Shown here: positions 1-12,009 of the stretch, piece by piece
Layout: the number at the start of each line of letters is the position of its first letter
Numbering within the stretch: the stretch's first letter is position 1
Source of the DNA: Enoplolaimus lenunculus
Lineage: Eukaryota
DNA length: 64,000 bases
Reading direction: 5' to 3'
Assembly: GCA_030248215.1 (NCBI GenBank)
Contig: JASANG010000957.1
Coordinates: 1 to 64,000, forward strand
The notes under the pieces: model-generated
Told to the model about the DNA's origin: nothing
Database searches by the model: none
The model's input: only the letters and a program-made list of their open reading frames with translations
Made by a program: the position numbers and the translations under genes

Positions 1-661
1 TGAAAAAACAAATATTACTGCGATTAAGCTGCAATCAGCTGCCAAAATTAAATTTAAACAAAAAGTTTAATACTTATATTTGGGTTTATGTAGTAGATCC
101 AAGGGCCCAAATTGAGCTAGTGGCCCCGCAAACAGTTTCCATCTAAAAGTAAACAACCTTGAATTGCAATTTTAGGAGCTCATAAAAATTATTCGGCCCG
201 CCCCCCAAACAATCTTTTCTGTGGACGATTCTGAGTAAAGCTAAAGATATTTTAGACAAGGACATAGCCAGAGAGAGCCAAGCCAGATATGACCCACTGC
301 AATGACTCTGGCAAATTTATTGCTGTTAATACCTTACAAACAGACTTAAAAACACAAAAGCATACATTACAGTCAAGTAATTTTCGTTACCCACAATTAA
401 CCCAGGATCTTGGGAACCTAAAACAGGTTCACGTGGTTTTCCTGGGTGGCAAAAAGAACAACTCCAGAACCAGAACCAGGAATTCCTGCCCAAAAGGACA
501 TTAAGATTTCCATAAAGGTGGCAAAGAAAAATTTTCATACCAGAATTGTATTAATGCAGTTCGAAACATTTTAGTCAGGGGAGGCGAAGCTGTTTTAGCT
601 GGGGGTGGGACGGGGGGTCTTTCCATGCCCCTGCAGTTGCGATGTTAAAATACAAACCTAC

Positions 662-3600
662 CAGATTTGTTTATTTTTTGAAGATTTCGTTTGATATGTT
701 TTTCTTTCGACGATGGAAACGTAAACAGTTCAATTGAAACGTGAGCTGGGGCAGCGTAGTTCAAAAGTGTATAGATTTGCTTTACATCTGTAACAATACA
801 GGTGTATCTACGTGCCCGTAGCCAAGGTAAAAACCTTTAAATGCGCCTCCTGAAAATTTTTTAGCCTCCCCTAGCAAGTTGAGCTGGCTACGGGCCTGTA
901 TATCTAGTTATAAAATGAACTTATTTCATATAATAGCACAACTGACTTGTCGAATATAGCAAAATGCCCATAACCGAACAGCTATTTGCTCCAGCTGGCA
1001 ACTGTGTCGTCCCAAACGACAATTGCTCTTCGTGGCAGTTTGTGATTTGTTGTTCAGGTTAACTGTGTTTGTGAAAACTGATTTGTACAATAACTATTTG
1101 CCTTCACCATATTTGCAAACTATAAATTAAATAAGGTTTGTATAGTATGTAAACGAAGCTGTGGGAGTGTGTGCCATAATGCAAATCGAATGCAACGTTA
1201 TGTGAATTATGCTGTTTTTATTTCTGTTGTTTTGAATATGCAATCAAATTTGCACCTCTGTTACCCTTCACACCATATAAACCTTGTTCAATGTATAGTT
1301 TGCAAATATTGTGAAGGCAACAAATTACTGTGCAAGTCAGTTTTCTGGAACATAGACAAACCTGTACAACCAATCAAAATTGGTTTGCATTCCATTAGTT
1401 GTTTGGGCTGTCCCGAATCGCAATTGTCGTTTGGGACGTCCCAGTTTCCAACTTGGGCAAATAGCTGTTTGGTGTGCGAACATATATATTCAATGAGTTT
1501 ACTTGTGAAATTATGTTCCGTTAAAAGACTGATATACGGCCAATTGTAATGTCTGATCAAATCCATTATTACTTCTGCTTCAACATCATTCGAGGGATAA
1601 ATATCAATCATGTAATTGCTGAAAAATTTAAAAAATTTAAATTCTAATTATTAACAAAAAGCAGTGATCAGCAGGCGACGAAAACGGTTGCCGGAGATCC
1701 TGCGGCTCTCATATAAGTGCCGTGAATTTAAAATATTACAAATTTTATTTTCCTCGAATTTAAAATATCACAAATTTTATTTTCCTCGAATTTAAAATAT
1801 CACAAATTTTATTTTCCTCGAATTTAAAATATCACAAATTTTATTTTCCTCGAATTTAAAATGTCACAAATTTTATTTTCCTCGAATTTAAAATATCACA
1901 AATTTTATTTTCCTCGAATTTAAAATATCACAAATTTTATTTTCCTCGAATTTAAAATATCACAAATTTTATTTTCCTCAAATTTAAAATATCACAAATT
2001 TTATTTTCCTCGAATTTAAAATATCACAAATTTTATTTTCCTCGAATTTAAAATATCACAAATTTTATTTTCTTCGAATTTAAAATATCACAAATTTTAT
2101 TTTCCTCAAATTTAAAATATCACAAATTTTATTTTCCTCGAATTTAAAATATCACAAATTTTATTTTCCTCGAATTTAAAATATCACAAATTTTATTTTC
2201 CTCGAATTTAAAATATCACAAATTTTATTTTCTTCGAATTTAAAATATCACAAATTTTATTTTCCGCGAATTTAAAATATTACAAATATTATTTTCTTTA
2301 AATTTAAAAATATTACTATGTTGCTTACGACCAAATTGATAAATCAGACGAGTCCTGTATAATATGAGGTATACTCGTGTGGTCAAGTGCTGGATTTATT
2401 CGTTCCAAAATCACGGTATCATTGAAAGGTCCAACTGCTGCGATTACGAGAGACGATTGCCTATCTCTCGTTATTATTCTGTCACTCATATTTGCCATTG
2501 AGTTATCTTCTTCAGCGCGGTTTCCACGTATTAGATTCACGGCTAAAATAAAGCTGCGCTAACACAGGTGGTCTTATGTCGGATTATCCATTTAGCCTAA
2601 ACCTAAAACTAACCCTTAACCTGAACCTATGTCTAAACGTAAGCCGAAACATAAAGTTAAAAATAAGCCTAAATCTAAGCCATTCAGTCTCGAAGTCTCT
2701 CTGTCTCATGCACTGTAAAAAATGGTGAGTCAAATCAACTCTCTCCGAAATAGGCTTTTCGGGATTAGAGTTTAATTCGACTCCATCAGAGTCAAATTCG
2801 ACTCACCCGAGTCGCTCAGTGAGTCGAATTTGACTATGGCGGAGTTACATTTGACTCAGTTTGTGTAGCCCGGAAAAGTTTGTTTCGGAGAGAGTCAATT
2901 TGACTCACCATTTTTTGCAGTGTATTGTGCTGGTTTCTATAAGTTAACAAAGGTAAAAGATGCAAAATGTAATATGGCGTTGAAACCATGCCAACAATAT
3001 TTTATTCCGTGAGGATAGCTAAAAATGTTACTTATGGAACTGTAACAAAAGCCTTTGCAGATACAGTTTGGGTTTATTGTGCGGCCTGCAGCCCTGACTA
3101 TACTGAGCATATGAAATGCATAGAGTCAGCCAGCGTCGGGGTCGTCTCCAACAATTCGACTCTGGAAAATTCGTCCACGGCGAAATTCGTCAAATCAATT
3201 CGACTCTGGAAAATTCGTCCATGGCAAAATTCGTCTAAATCAATTGGACTCTGGAAAATTCGTCAACGGCAAAATTCGTCTAAATCAATTCGACTCTGGA
3301 AAATTCGTCCACGGCAAAATTCGTCTAAATCAATTCGACTCTGGAAAATTCGTCCACGGCAAAATTCGTCTAAATCAATTCGACTCTAGAAAATTCGTCC
3401 ACGGCAAAATTCGTCTAAATCAATTCGACTCTAGAAAATTCGTCCACGGCAAAATTCGTCTAAATCAATTCGACTCTGGAAAATTCGTCAACGGCAAAAT
3501 TCGTCTAAATCAATTCGACTCTGGAAAATTCGTCCACGGCAAAATTCGTCTAAATCAATTCGACTCTGGAAAATTCGTCCACGGCAAAATTCGTCTAAAT

Positions 3601-6600
3601 CAATTCGACTCTGGAAAATTCGTCCACGGCAAAATTCGTCTAAATCAATTCGACTCTGGAAAATTCGTCCACGGCAAAATTCGTCTAAATCAAGTCGACT
3701 CTGGAAAATTCGTCAACGGCAAAATTCGTCTAAATCAAGTCGACTCTGGAAAATTCGTCCACGGCAAAATTCGTCTAAATCAATTCGACTCTGGAAAATT
3801 CGTCCACGGCAAAATTCGTCTAAATCAATTCGACTCTAGAAAATTCGTCCACGGCAAAATTCGTCTAAATCAATTCGACTCTGGAAAATTCGTCAACGGC
3901 AAAATTCGTCTAAATCAATTCGATTCTGGAAAATTCGTCCACGGCAAAATTCGTCTACATCAATCGACTCTGGAAAATTCGTCCACGGCAACTTTCACCG
4001 AAGTTTATATTTTTTCTGTTTTAAAATAGTTCCGCATGGACGCCAAAAAGCTGCTTAGTCAACTTTCGACAACTTCATCGGCTCGCGTGTCGGCAACGAA
4101 AACGAATTAACGAAATTCAAGACAAATGATGAGCAATCAGAACCTCTGGAGTTCAATTTGAATACCAGGGCCTGGAAATATGTTTACTGAAAACCCCCAT
4201 TCAAAGCTCCATTCCTCCGTTCAAAATTTGAATTTTTGAATCACTCACTCATCGAAAGTCGCTTGATCGAGCGAGTCCGTGCGGTGCGGCTTCGCAAGCC
4301 TGAAATACCGTTTTTTGTACTCCATGAAACAAATTAGCTCGGCGACGAATTTTCCAGGGTCGAATTTTCCACGGACGAATTGTCGGCGACAAATTTTCAA
4401 AGGCAGCTGATTCATTAATGATATACTTTGTATAGAAAGTGTCAAGGTTACACTCTCTCTGCCACTTTGCCCGCGGTCAGGTAGCAGAATGCGGCCCATA
4501 TAAAGATCAGGGGCGGAACGTTTTGTTGTGGGATTGAAGTCGAGTAAGGCTAATCTTTAGATTAGTATTTTTTTGCTTCGCTTAGGCTTAGGCTTAATAG
4601 GCGTAGGCTTAGGAATATGCTTATATGTAATACTGTTCCGCCCCTGTTGTTTACATTGGCCCAAAATGCTAATGCAATTTTAGCATCAACATAGGTATAC
4701 GTTTTTTCGAAAACATTAAAAGCGTTTTGATTTTTGACACAATTCTTTACTTTGAAATACATCGAAAATTAGTTGACGCCGACGTAGTGAAACAAATTCC
4801 AGTTCAAAAACACCTGACTGTATCCCAGCATCATCAATTATGCTACTAAATAGCTCGCTTACAATTGCCCGTGTGTTGCTTGAAGAGTTGTCTGTATCGA
4901 ATACCACTGAAACCAAACGTAATACTTGACAGCAGAGGCTGCAACTATTGCAGGGAATACTGGCGCCCACTACTCTCTAAAAACTTAAACCTAAATTATT
5001 GCTGAACTAAACTTGAATATTAGTTTAAGTAAAACTCAAATGGCTGGACGGACTAACTAAACTAGAATTTTATGTTTTACTTTAACATATTTTTAACTTT
5101 AACACGAGTTTAAGCAAACTTATTTTTGGTTTAACGAGCAAATACAGCCCAGAAATTTTATGTGTATCTATGAGGTCATTAAGCTTAGGTTAAACTAAAA
5201 ACGTAAGATTTTAAATTTAGTTCAAGTGTAATCCTACCTGTTAGTTTAGCTAATCCAGAAAGTTAGTTTAATACTACTGGATTAGCTTAATCTTAAATTA
5301 AGTTAATTTAAGCTTTTAGAAAGTACGAATAGTTTCGCCCCAGCCAAGAGTGAAATTTTTTGGAAGGATTAAAAGAATTTTATGTTCGCAAAATTACCCA
5401 CCTAGTTTTTACTGCAACACATCGTAGTTTTGGGGGCAGGTCTCTGGTTGATCCTGAATGTCTGTTGTTCCGGGTATACATAGTATATACTGGCCGAATA
5501 AGAAGGGAGGTAGTAAGAATCCGAGTTTGTTTACTTTGAGTCTCAATCAATACGAGTCCATTTCCCATGAGTTCGTGCGTAGACTACAAAATTACACTGC
5601 AAACAATGGTGAGTCAAATTGACTCTCTCCGAAGTAGGCTTTTCCGGACTACACAAACTGAGTCAAAATTCGACTCCGCCAGAATCAAACGTGCGAGTCA
5701 GTGAGTCGAATTTGACTCTGGCGAAAACAAAATTTGACTCAGTTTGTGTAGTCCAGAAAAGCCTATTTCCGAAAGAGTCATTTGACTCACCATTTTTTGC
5801 AGTGTACAATTTTGAGTCCGTGTCAATTGCTCTAATGAGGCCGCTTAAACGAGTCCCGGACCTAATGCAGTTCAGTACAAAATTCATTACTTAAATATAT
5901 AAATAATGTAGCTACAGATTCGGAGCGAGCTCACTCGCTACGGAGGGCTAAAAATTTTTTCAGGAGGGGCATACAAACGTTTCCGTTGACTTTACAAGCA
6001 AAGATGAAAATTTTCTAGCGAGGGGCAAAGTTATTCCACGAGACGGACTGAGCTCATTGACCCCCCTCATTTGGTTTGCCGACCATTTTTAGACAAACGC
6101 GGGCTGGGGGGTGAGGGATAACAGGAAATACTCGCATTTTAAACGCGATTTGGTAAATATGCAATGTTAAACTTACATATGCGATATGGAAAACACAAGT
6201 GATTTGTAGCAAATATGACGATGATAGCAAGAGCCCGACGTCGAAAATAAAGCATTTCACTTGTTAGTATTAAAGTTGAAAATGCTTAAAACTAAATTTT
6301 GACTATAACCAACCAGTTTTAGAACTATTCTTTTTTCGGCATCTTTTTGCATAAACCTAAACACGCTGCAAAAAATGGTGAGTCAAATTGATTCTCTCCG
6401 AAATAGATTTTACCTCACTCCAATTTCGGAGAGATTCAATTTGACTCACCATTTTGCAGTGCAGTTTAACTACAGTGTACGAACGTGTCACAATATAAGT
6501 AATATTAAGGCTTTCTCCTCAAGATGTAAAACCCTACTCTTTCTCAAGCACCAGTCTCTTTTTGCAACAGAGTGACGGTGGTAGACAGCTTTCACTAAAA

Positions 6601-7606
6601 ATACTGAGGTTCGATTTCTAGCCTGAAAAAAAATTGAATTTAAGACCGTATTTTCGATATTCTTTCGTTATGTGTTTATAGTATAACATTTTCAAGCAAG
6701 GACTGTATTCAGTTAAATATGTTTAGCTGTCCAAATTTTGGCCCCTGTATAAAACATAGCCGGAACAGTGGTATATTAGCATAGCAAGAAATGGTAAGTG
6801 GAATTCAATCTCTCCGAAATATGCTGTATGGGACTATACAAAATAAGTCAAATTCAATTCGACCAGAGTCAAACGTTGCGACTAAGTAAGTGAGTCGAAT
6901 TCGAATTTGTCAGAGTCGAATTTGACTCAGTTTGTGTAGTGTCGTATAGCATGTTTCGGAGGATGTCAATTTGACGCAACTTTTTTTGCAGTGAAAGCTT
7001 TAAGTCTAAGTGAACGGATGAGCCTATTCCTAAGTCTAAGCCTAAGCCTAAGCAAAAAGTTAGTCTAAAGCTTAAATTGTGTCTGTTACAGATCCACAGG
7101 AAAACGATCTGGCCCTGTTCTGTACATCAACCCAAATTATTTTAGGGAAGCATAGGAGATTTGACATGATTTTTAACGCTAAGCAGAAACCTTTTGTTGC
7201 GCAAGGCAATTTTTATGGTTGTAGCAGAGCAGCGTAAGTACCTCGGGCTTTCTGCTGAATATAGGCAAATTTAAAAACGGTAAGCTGTACCATTTCAGAG
7301 CAATATTCGTCCCAAAGGTTATCAAATAAAAGACAGCTTGACATTAAAAAACTATAAAAAACAAAAACTTTTTTCTAGGCGAATTACGATACTATTTCGT
7401 TCAAATAGTCTAATATATTTTTAATACAAATTAGATAGATAAACGTAATACAAACTCCGTATCCCATTCTGTTTGATATTTATAGAGACAAAGTTGCTAT
7501 ATTTCGATTTCACTGCTCATTAGGATCAAATTACTCAATTAAAACTGTCACCTGCGTAAGAGCGAGTGATGATAAAACTTGAGAGCCGCTTCTTAGGTTT
7601 CAGCAT
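662..7606 (-). CDS. Ionotropic glutamate receptor-like protein, N-terminal part (signal region plus amino-terminal LIVBP-like domain); gene continues beyond the left edge
   Basis: Phase-consistent GT-AG exons on minus: 7606-7552, 6259-6177, 4976-4751, 2542-2329, 1618-1503, 787-662. Translation includes VIAAVGPFNDTVILERINPALDHTSIPHIIQ...YMIDIYPSNDVEAEVIMDLIRHYNWPYISLL...KQIYTLLNYAAPAHVSIELFTFP...IKRNLQKINKSG, resembling the kainate/AMPA receptor ATD pattern (VAAIFGP...GVPHIQ...LYPD...ILDLVQFFKW). The first two exons are less certain. Confidence 0.68.
975..1472. mobile_element. Degenerate foldback element/MITE in an iGluR intron
   Basis: The left arm ~975-1150 (aacagctatttgct...cgtcccaaacgacaattgc; ttgccttcaccatatttgcaaactata) is the diverged reverse complement of the right arm ~1270-1472. 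Confidence 0.7.
1725..2312. repeat. 32-bp AT-rich minisatellite (~18 copies)
   Basis: Unit tcctcgaatttaaaatatcacaaattttattt repeated nearly perfectly; fills most of the intron between exons 2542-2329 and 1618-1503. Confidence 0.95.
2711..2922. mobile_element. Palindromic MITE family A (CACTG...CAGTG ends, usually TA-flanked; CACTA/EnSpm-like by inference)
   Basis: ~210-bp near-complete palindrome cactgcaaaaaatggtgagtcaaattgactctctccgaaa...tttgactcaccattttttgcagtg. Other copies at 5595-5804, 6363-6461, ~6790-6993, 21486-21702, 29535-29743, 34863-35356, 40436-40644, 42011-42180, 54158-54378, 54825-55045. Confidence 0.85.
3152..3990. repeat. 45-bp minisatellite (~18 copies) inside a larger element
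   Basis: Unit aattcgactctggaaaattcgtccacggcaaaattcgtctaaatc. An inverted copy of the same motif lies at ~4343-4392. Confidence 0.95.
4493..4661. mobile_element. GGCC-ended MITE family C carrying TTAGGC arrays
   Basis: TIRs ggccca(t)gt...acattggcc with internal (TTAGGC)n. Copies at 11847-11992, 14434-14646, 16158-16325, 18768-18965, 26896-27012, ~36127-36407, 37193-37385, 42229-42437, 45425-45676, 50631-50886, ~52790-52985, 53523-53741, 56996-57184, 57666-57819, 58066-58219, 59339-59678, 60534-60727, 62172-62332, plus fragments. Confidence 0.85.
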
Positions 7607-8284
7607 AAAAATTAAGATGAAAACGAAGCTGAAAGTATGGAAGCCCTAGCCAGTGGTTAACAAGTTTCGCTCGAGCCACGACTTGACGCAGACATAAACT
7701 GGTTTATTTAAAACATCAGGGGCAGAAAGCATTTTGTGAGAATTAGAATAGATTAAAAGCTTCGCTGAATCGGCAGATCGACGCATTGTTACAGCTACAA
7801 GAAAAGTAGTCTGATGTCTGGAGCTGAATTGGAAAATGAAAATCACGGTATATGTACCAAAATGATATTATAAAATTTGGGTGGAAAATGAATGGAATTA
7901 AAAGAATCTGCAAAAATATGGTGGCGAAAAACTATTTAGCGCAAAATAAAGAATTTTGGAAAAAATACTAAAGCAACTTTATATGACAGGATCACAGATA
8001 AACTGTTAAACTCAAGACTGACCATAGGTAATAGAAACCGTTAAACACATAGCTAGTGCGAAGAAAGAAATCAAGAGTGAGGATAAGTGTGTTGTAGAGT
8101 ATACGCTGGGTAATCACCCGACAAGTGCAACCTGTTATGACTCAAGCCCTGTAATATATTTTTTCGAGTGTCTTAAAATTATTTTGTCAAGGAATGATAC
8201 CAGTAGGTACATATGCAATTAACGGACAAAATAAACAAATGAATTTTGGATGACGTGAAAGAACTAACCCGAAAACTTTCCGCA

Positions 8285-10736
8285 ATGGATTTGGAGTATA
8301 AGTCAGACGACGAGATTTGCGTGGAACGAACGTTAGCGAAAGATAAGTTTGTATCGTCCATGGATGTGAACCTGATCAACCATTATTTTGAACCGAAGTT
8401 TTGGATACCGGAGCGCGCAGGTAGATATATTAGATTTGAACGATAGTTGCCGTTGACATACTTCGGTTGCGAAGTCCTCATAGTTTGTTCGTGACAGAAT
8501 ATATACACCAATACAGCACTGGCTACGACAAGTTTGTTGCGATCTTTTTTAAAAGCTGGAGTCAGTTGCAGATCTAGGATTTTTAGGCGGGGATCCGAGG
8601 TTGACTTATGTGAAGTTTTCCTTTTGAACAGTTTTTGCTTACATACCACGAAATAATTTTTGTAGTTTTCGATGTAGTTGTTTTAGTTTCCAAGGTCGAA
8701 TCGTGTTCGTATTTGCATTTATTGGGCCACCAACGATTGCTTCGGTTACCCAACGGAATAACTGTGATAACACTGGCTTCATCACATCCGGTAGTGCGTG
8801 AGAGGAAAATTGTTACAAAGGTTGATTTTCAAGTTAGTTTCTTCCAAATTGTAAAATATATGTCGTGTTGCGGAGAAATTTATATTTCCGTATTTTTATT
8901 ATTTTCGATCCTGGAGTAAATACAAAACATAAAATGCTTCGCGAAACCTGAGCTTGACTTTGGACTTGGAGTATCGCTTCGGTCAATGATTAATAGCACA
9001 GCATTCGCTTTGTCTAACGGTATGCGTTGATATATTCGTTGGATTTTTAGGTTTTCACCGGAATCGCTGTTCCAGTTGGAATTCTAGCCAAAATTTGACT
9101 CTTGTTTTTATTTTGTTCTAATGTGGCAAGACTTCGGCTACTGCTTAGGGATATAAACGGTTTCGTCTAAAATTATTTGTAATTTTTAAAATTAAAATTC
9201 CTGTTAATAAGTTTTGCAGGCGTAAAACAGTTTGTAGTTAACGGAAATATTCATTTTCCCTGTTGCATCCTTGTTTCTGCTTTGGTGATGTAACCGGAGT
9301 GGCAACAAAAGTTCGGATTCCAAAAAATTTGTGGTTCGGATTCAGTTGTGAAAAAGCCGAGTCCTATTATGTCCTGTAATGTAGGTTTACATTTTTAAAC
9401 AGTAAAAATTTTAAATACGTTCTAATGTAAATCAATAGTTTTTGTTTAAGGTCACAAATCTCAGAACTGAGTTCAGGCACGAAATAAGTGTTGTTTACGA
9501 AAAAAGTAGATTTGCTTGTATAATAAATGTTATTAGTTTTCTATCAGAAATTTGCAAAATGCAAGGTTTGGATTCGGATTGAGTGAAATCCAGGAGTCGG
9601 TGCCAACCTGGTTGGTCCCCTGTGCGTATCTAGTTATATATTTAATGTTTCGCTTTCACATGTTTGATTTCATGCTGAATATGCTCATTGATTTAGGTAA
9701 CCAAGCTTGTCAATCGCGGCGACAATAAAGTTTCCGGAGGGAAGAAACATGGTGCTCAATCATTGAAGCCTTTGGATTCAGTGTGTTATATAAATTGTGA
9801 GGTATGCAGGAGCTGTTTACGGTGAACAATATCAAGAGTCGATTAGCGCAATATTAAAGAAGAATCAATAACCTACGCGCTATTACATGGTGCAAATAAC
9901 AGATTATAGCGTCTTTGTACTGTTCACTGAAAAATTTGACCCATATATAATCGGGTAAACCGAATATACAACGTGGCCCGGTGCACTCTTTTTGAGCAAA
10001 ATGTATCAAGCTATTGCGTACTCGTTCTTTAAATATGTATCATCCACTCTATAATATCAATAATTTGTGTAGTATTTCCAATGTATATGCACCAAGTTAT
10101 TAATTACAGCTGACGACAGGTAGTAGTTAGTACACACAGAGTTAAAATTGTGTCAACTGGAATATAGCCACTGTACATTTCAAAGAATTTCTACTTGTTG
10201 AGAGGAACTATGATGTCATTGTAATTGCCAACTTGTGATTTTGCAGTACAGGATGCTTAATGGGTCGAATAGTGTAGCTCGTTTACTACTAAAATTTTGT
10301 CTTGTTTTAAATTTTAGTTTATGTTTCTGGTTTCAAGGCTGGATTTTTCTGTAAAGATACCCTTAAATGTTGCAAATAATTCAGAACATTGTCAAACTGA
10401 TATTATTTGACGCAAGGGTTTGGCATGTTTGCTAGCTTGAATGACGGTGGCTACGAACGACATGATGTAATAATATGTGGGCGCTGTATTTTATTTTAGG
10501 ATGGCACAAAGTTTAAAATTGCCAGTTGTATAAAATCGAAACTTATTGAAGTGAACGACAAACTTAATGCAACACCATCACTGGTAGCAGATGTTCCGCA
10601 CAAAGGCGGTTGGATTGCTGTGTTAATGCCTACGAGGTGTAAAAATTCAAAATTCGACTCGGAGTTTGAAAAATCGTGCTTTTTATCAGAAAGCGAGTAT
10701 AATGACTATTTGAGCTTTGGCCCATGTTATTTATAG
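8285..10736 (+). CDS. ABITRAM: Protein Abitram (FAM206A/Simiate), glycine cleavage H-like fold, ~207 aa
   Basis: Exons 8285-8420, 8687-8832, 9697-9801, 10500-10736 (624 nt, phases consistent). Motifs NLINHYFEPKFW, NGITVITLASSHPVV, DNKVSGGKKHGAQSL, CEDGTKFKIASCIKSKLIEVNDKL, GWIAVLMP match recalled Abitram motifs (ICVITLAESHPVL, NKVSGKFKRGAQ, CVRGRLMEVN, GYIAVVLP). Confidence 0.9.
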
Positions 10737-12009
10737 GAATCTGTCCATTGGAAGAGAGGGATACCGGTGCACTCATGCGGAGTTCACGTTATTACTGGGG
10801 CAGCTTGAGACACGTTTTGTTCCTATTTGACTGTTGGTTGACAGACCGTCTGCTTATAAATTTTTTATTCAAATATTCGTAGTTGTCTGCTATGGTCAAT
10901 GTATAGAACAGGGCCGTGACAGTGTGGGCCTCAGTTATTCGACGTTTTGTCTGCGAATATCATATGTTTGCAATTACTTGAGATACCAGGACAAAATTGT
11001 CCTGTTGTATATCATATGATGGTAAAATTTTGGAACTTGAATTTTTGAGTATGACGGTAGTAATGAGCGATTTTCGGCAGGAAAATAAACTCTTCTGTTG
11101 TGTATTAGCGCCTGAAACCACATCTGTGCCTGACATCCCACTTTTTACTCATTTCTCTGCTCGCAAAGATTACTTTGTGATGCTAAATATACGATACTCA
11201 TTGTAATTTTGATGATCATTATGATATACGTAAGCATGCTATGTACTAGCAGAAAAACAAAACATCTTTGAAACATTTATGCTTCATTAGCCGTGTTTCG
11301 TTTTCGTTATTTTACTCGCTATCTGTTTCCGTTAAGTCTGTTTTCAAGTATCTCATTTGAATATGTAAAATAAAATTTTACTCCGCGTTTATTGCATGGG
11401 CGTGACTAAAATACGGCGAGTTAGTAGTAATCATTTTGGAGTAAAGTTTTGGTTCTGTATTTTAGTATCGAATCATCCTGAACAGTTCTTCGCTAACCTC
11501 TACATACAAAATAAATTGTCTTTATTCAAGCAATATTGTCTAAACCTTAAAGACAATAATTATGCCGTAATACGAGTTCTAGTCGTATATGTTTTGAATT
11601 TAAGACTTAAATATCCGGATATGTCTTTACGGATACATATCCAGATTGTTTGGGATCAGATGTCATAGGAGCCCATCTATAGTATTAAATCGTGAATACA
11701 GTTTGCTTTTTTGTTGCTCTGTCAACAAAACGTTTTTTACACGTTTTCCAGTCAAACATAACATTTCAAAACGTATTTTTGTATGTGGAGAAACTGTTAA
11801 ATGAATAGTTAGTTTTTTGAACGCTATACTACATGTTCAGTATGTTGGCCCATGTATAGAACAGGGCCGGAACAGTAGTATAAGCCTATTCCTAAGCCTC
11901 AGCATAAGCGTAAGCAAAAAAAATTAGTCTAAAGCATAAACTGACTCTTTTATAGCCCCTCGGGAAAACGACCCAGCCCTGTTCTTTTACACGATTCTTT
12001 AGATCAATA

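Noticed and set aside
1288..1502. C-terminal two-thirds of ORF 1288..1611 as coding sequence
   Set aside because: A donor at 1502-1501 gives a phase-consistent join to exon 787-662; the remainder is one arm of a foldback element.
1725..3990. CRISPR-like appearance of the 32-bp and 45-bp arrays
   Set aside because: Units are contiguous with no unique spacers, there are no cas genes, and the context is eukaryotic.
3244..4029. 261-aa repetitive ORF (DSGKFVHGKIRLNQF)n
   Set aside because: By-product of a 45-bp (multiple of 3) minisatellite in an intron of the opposite-strand gene; no ATG start or domain.
662..4976. Metabotropic glutamate/class C GPCR assignment
   Set aside because: The same fold family, but the spacing (GP...PHI...IYP...DLIRHYNW...LQKI) fits an iGluR ATD better. 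Not fully excluded without downstream exons.
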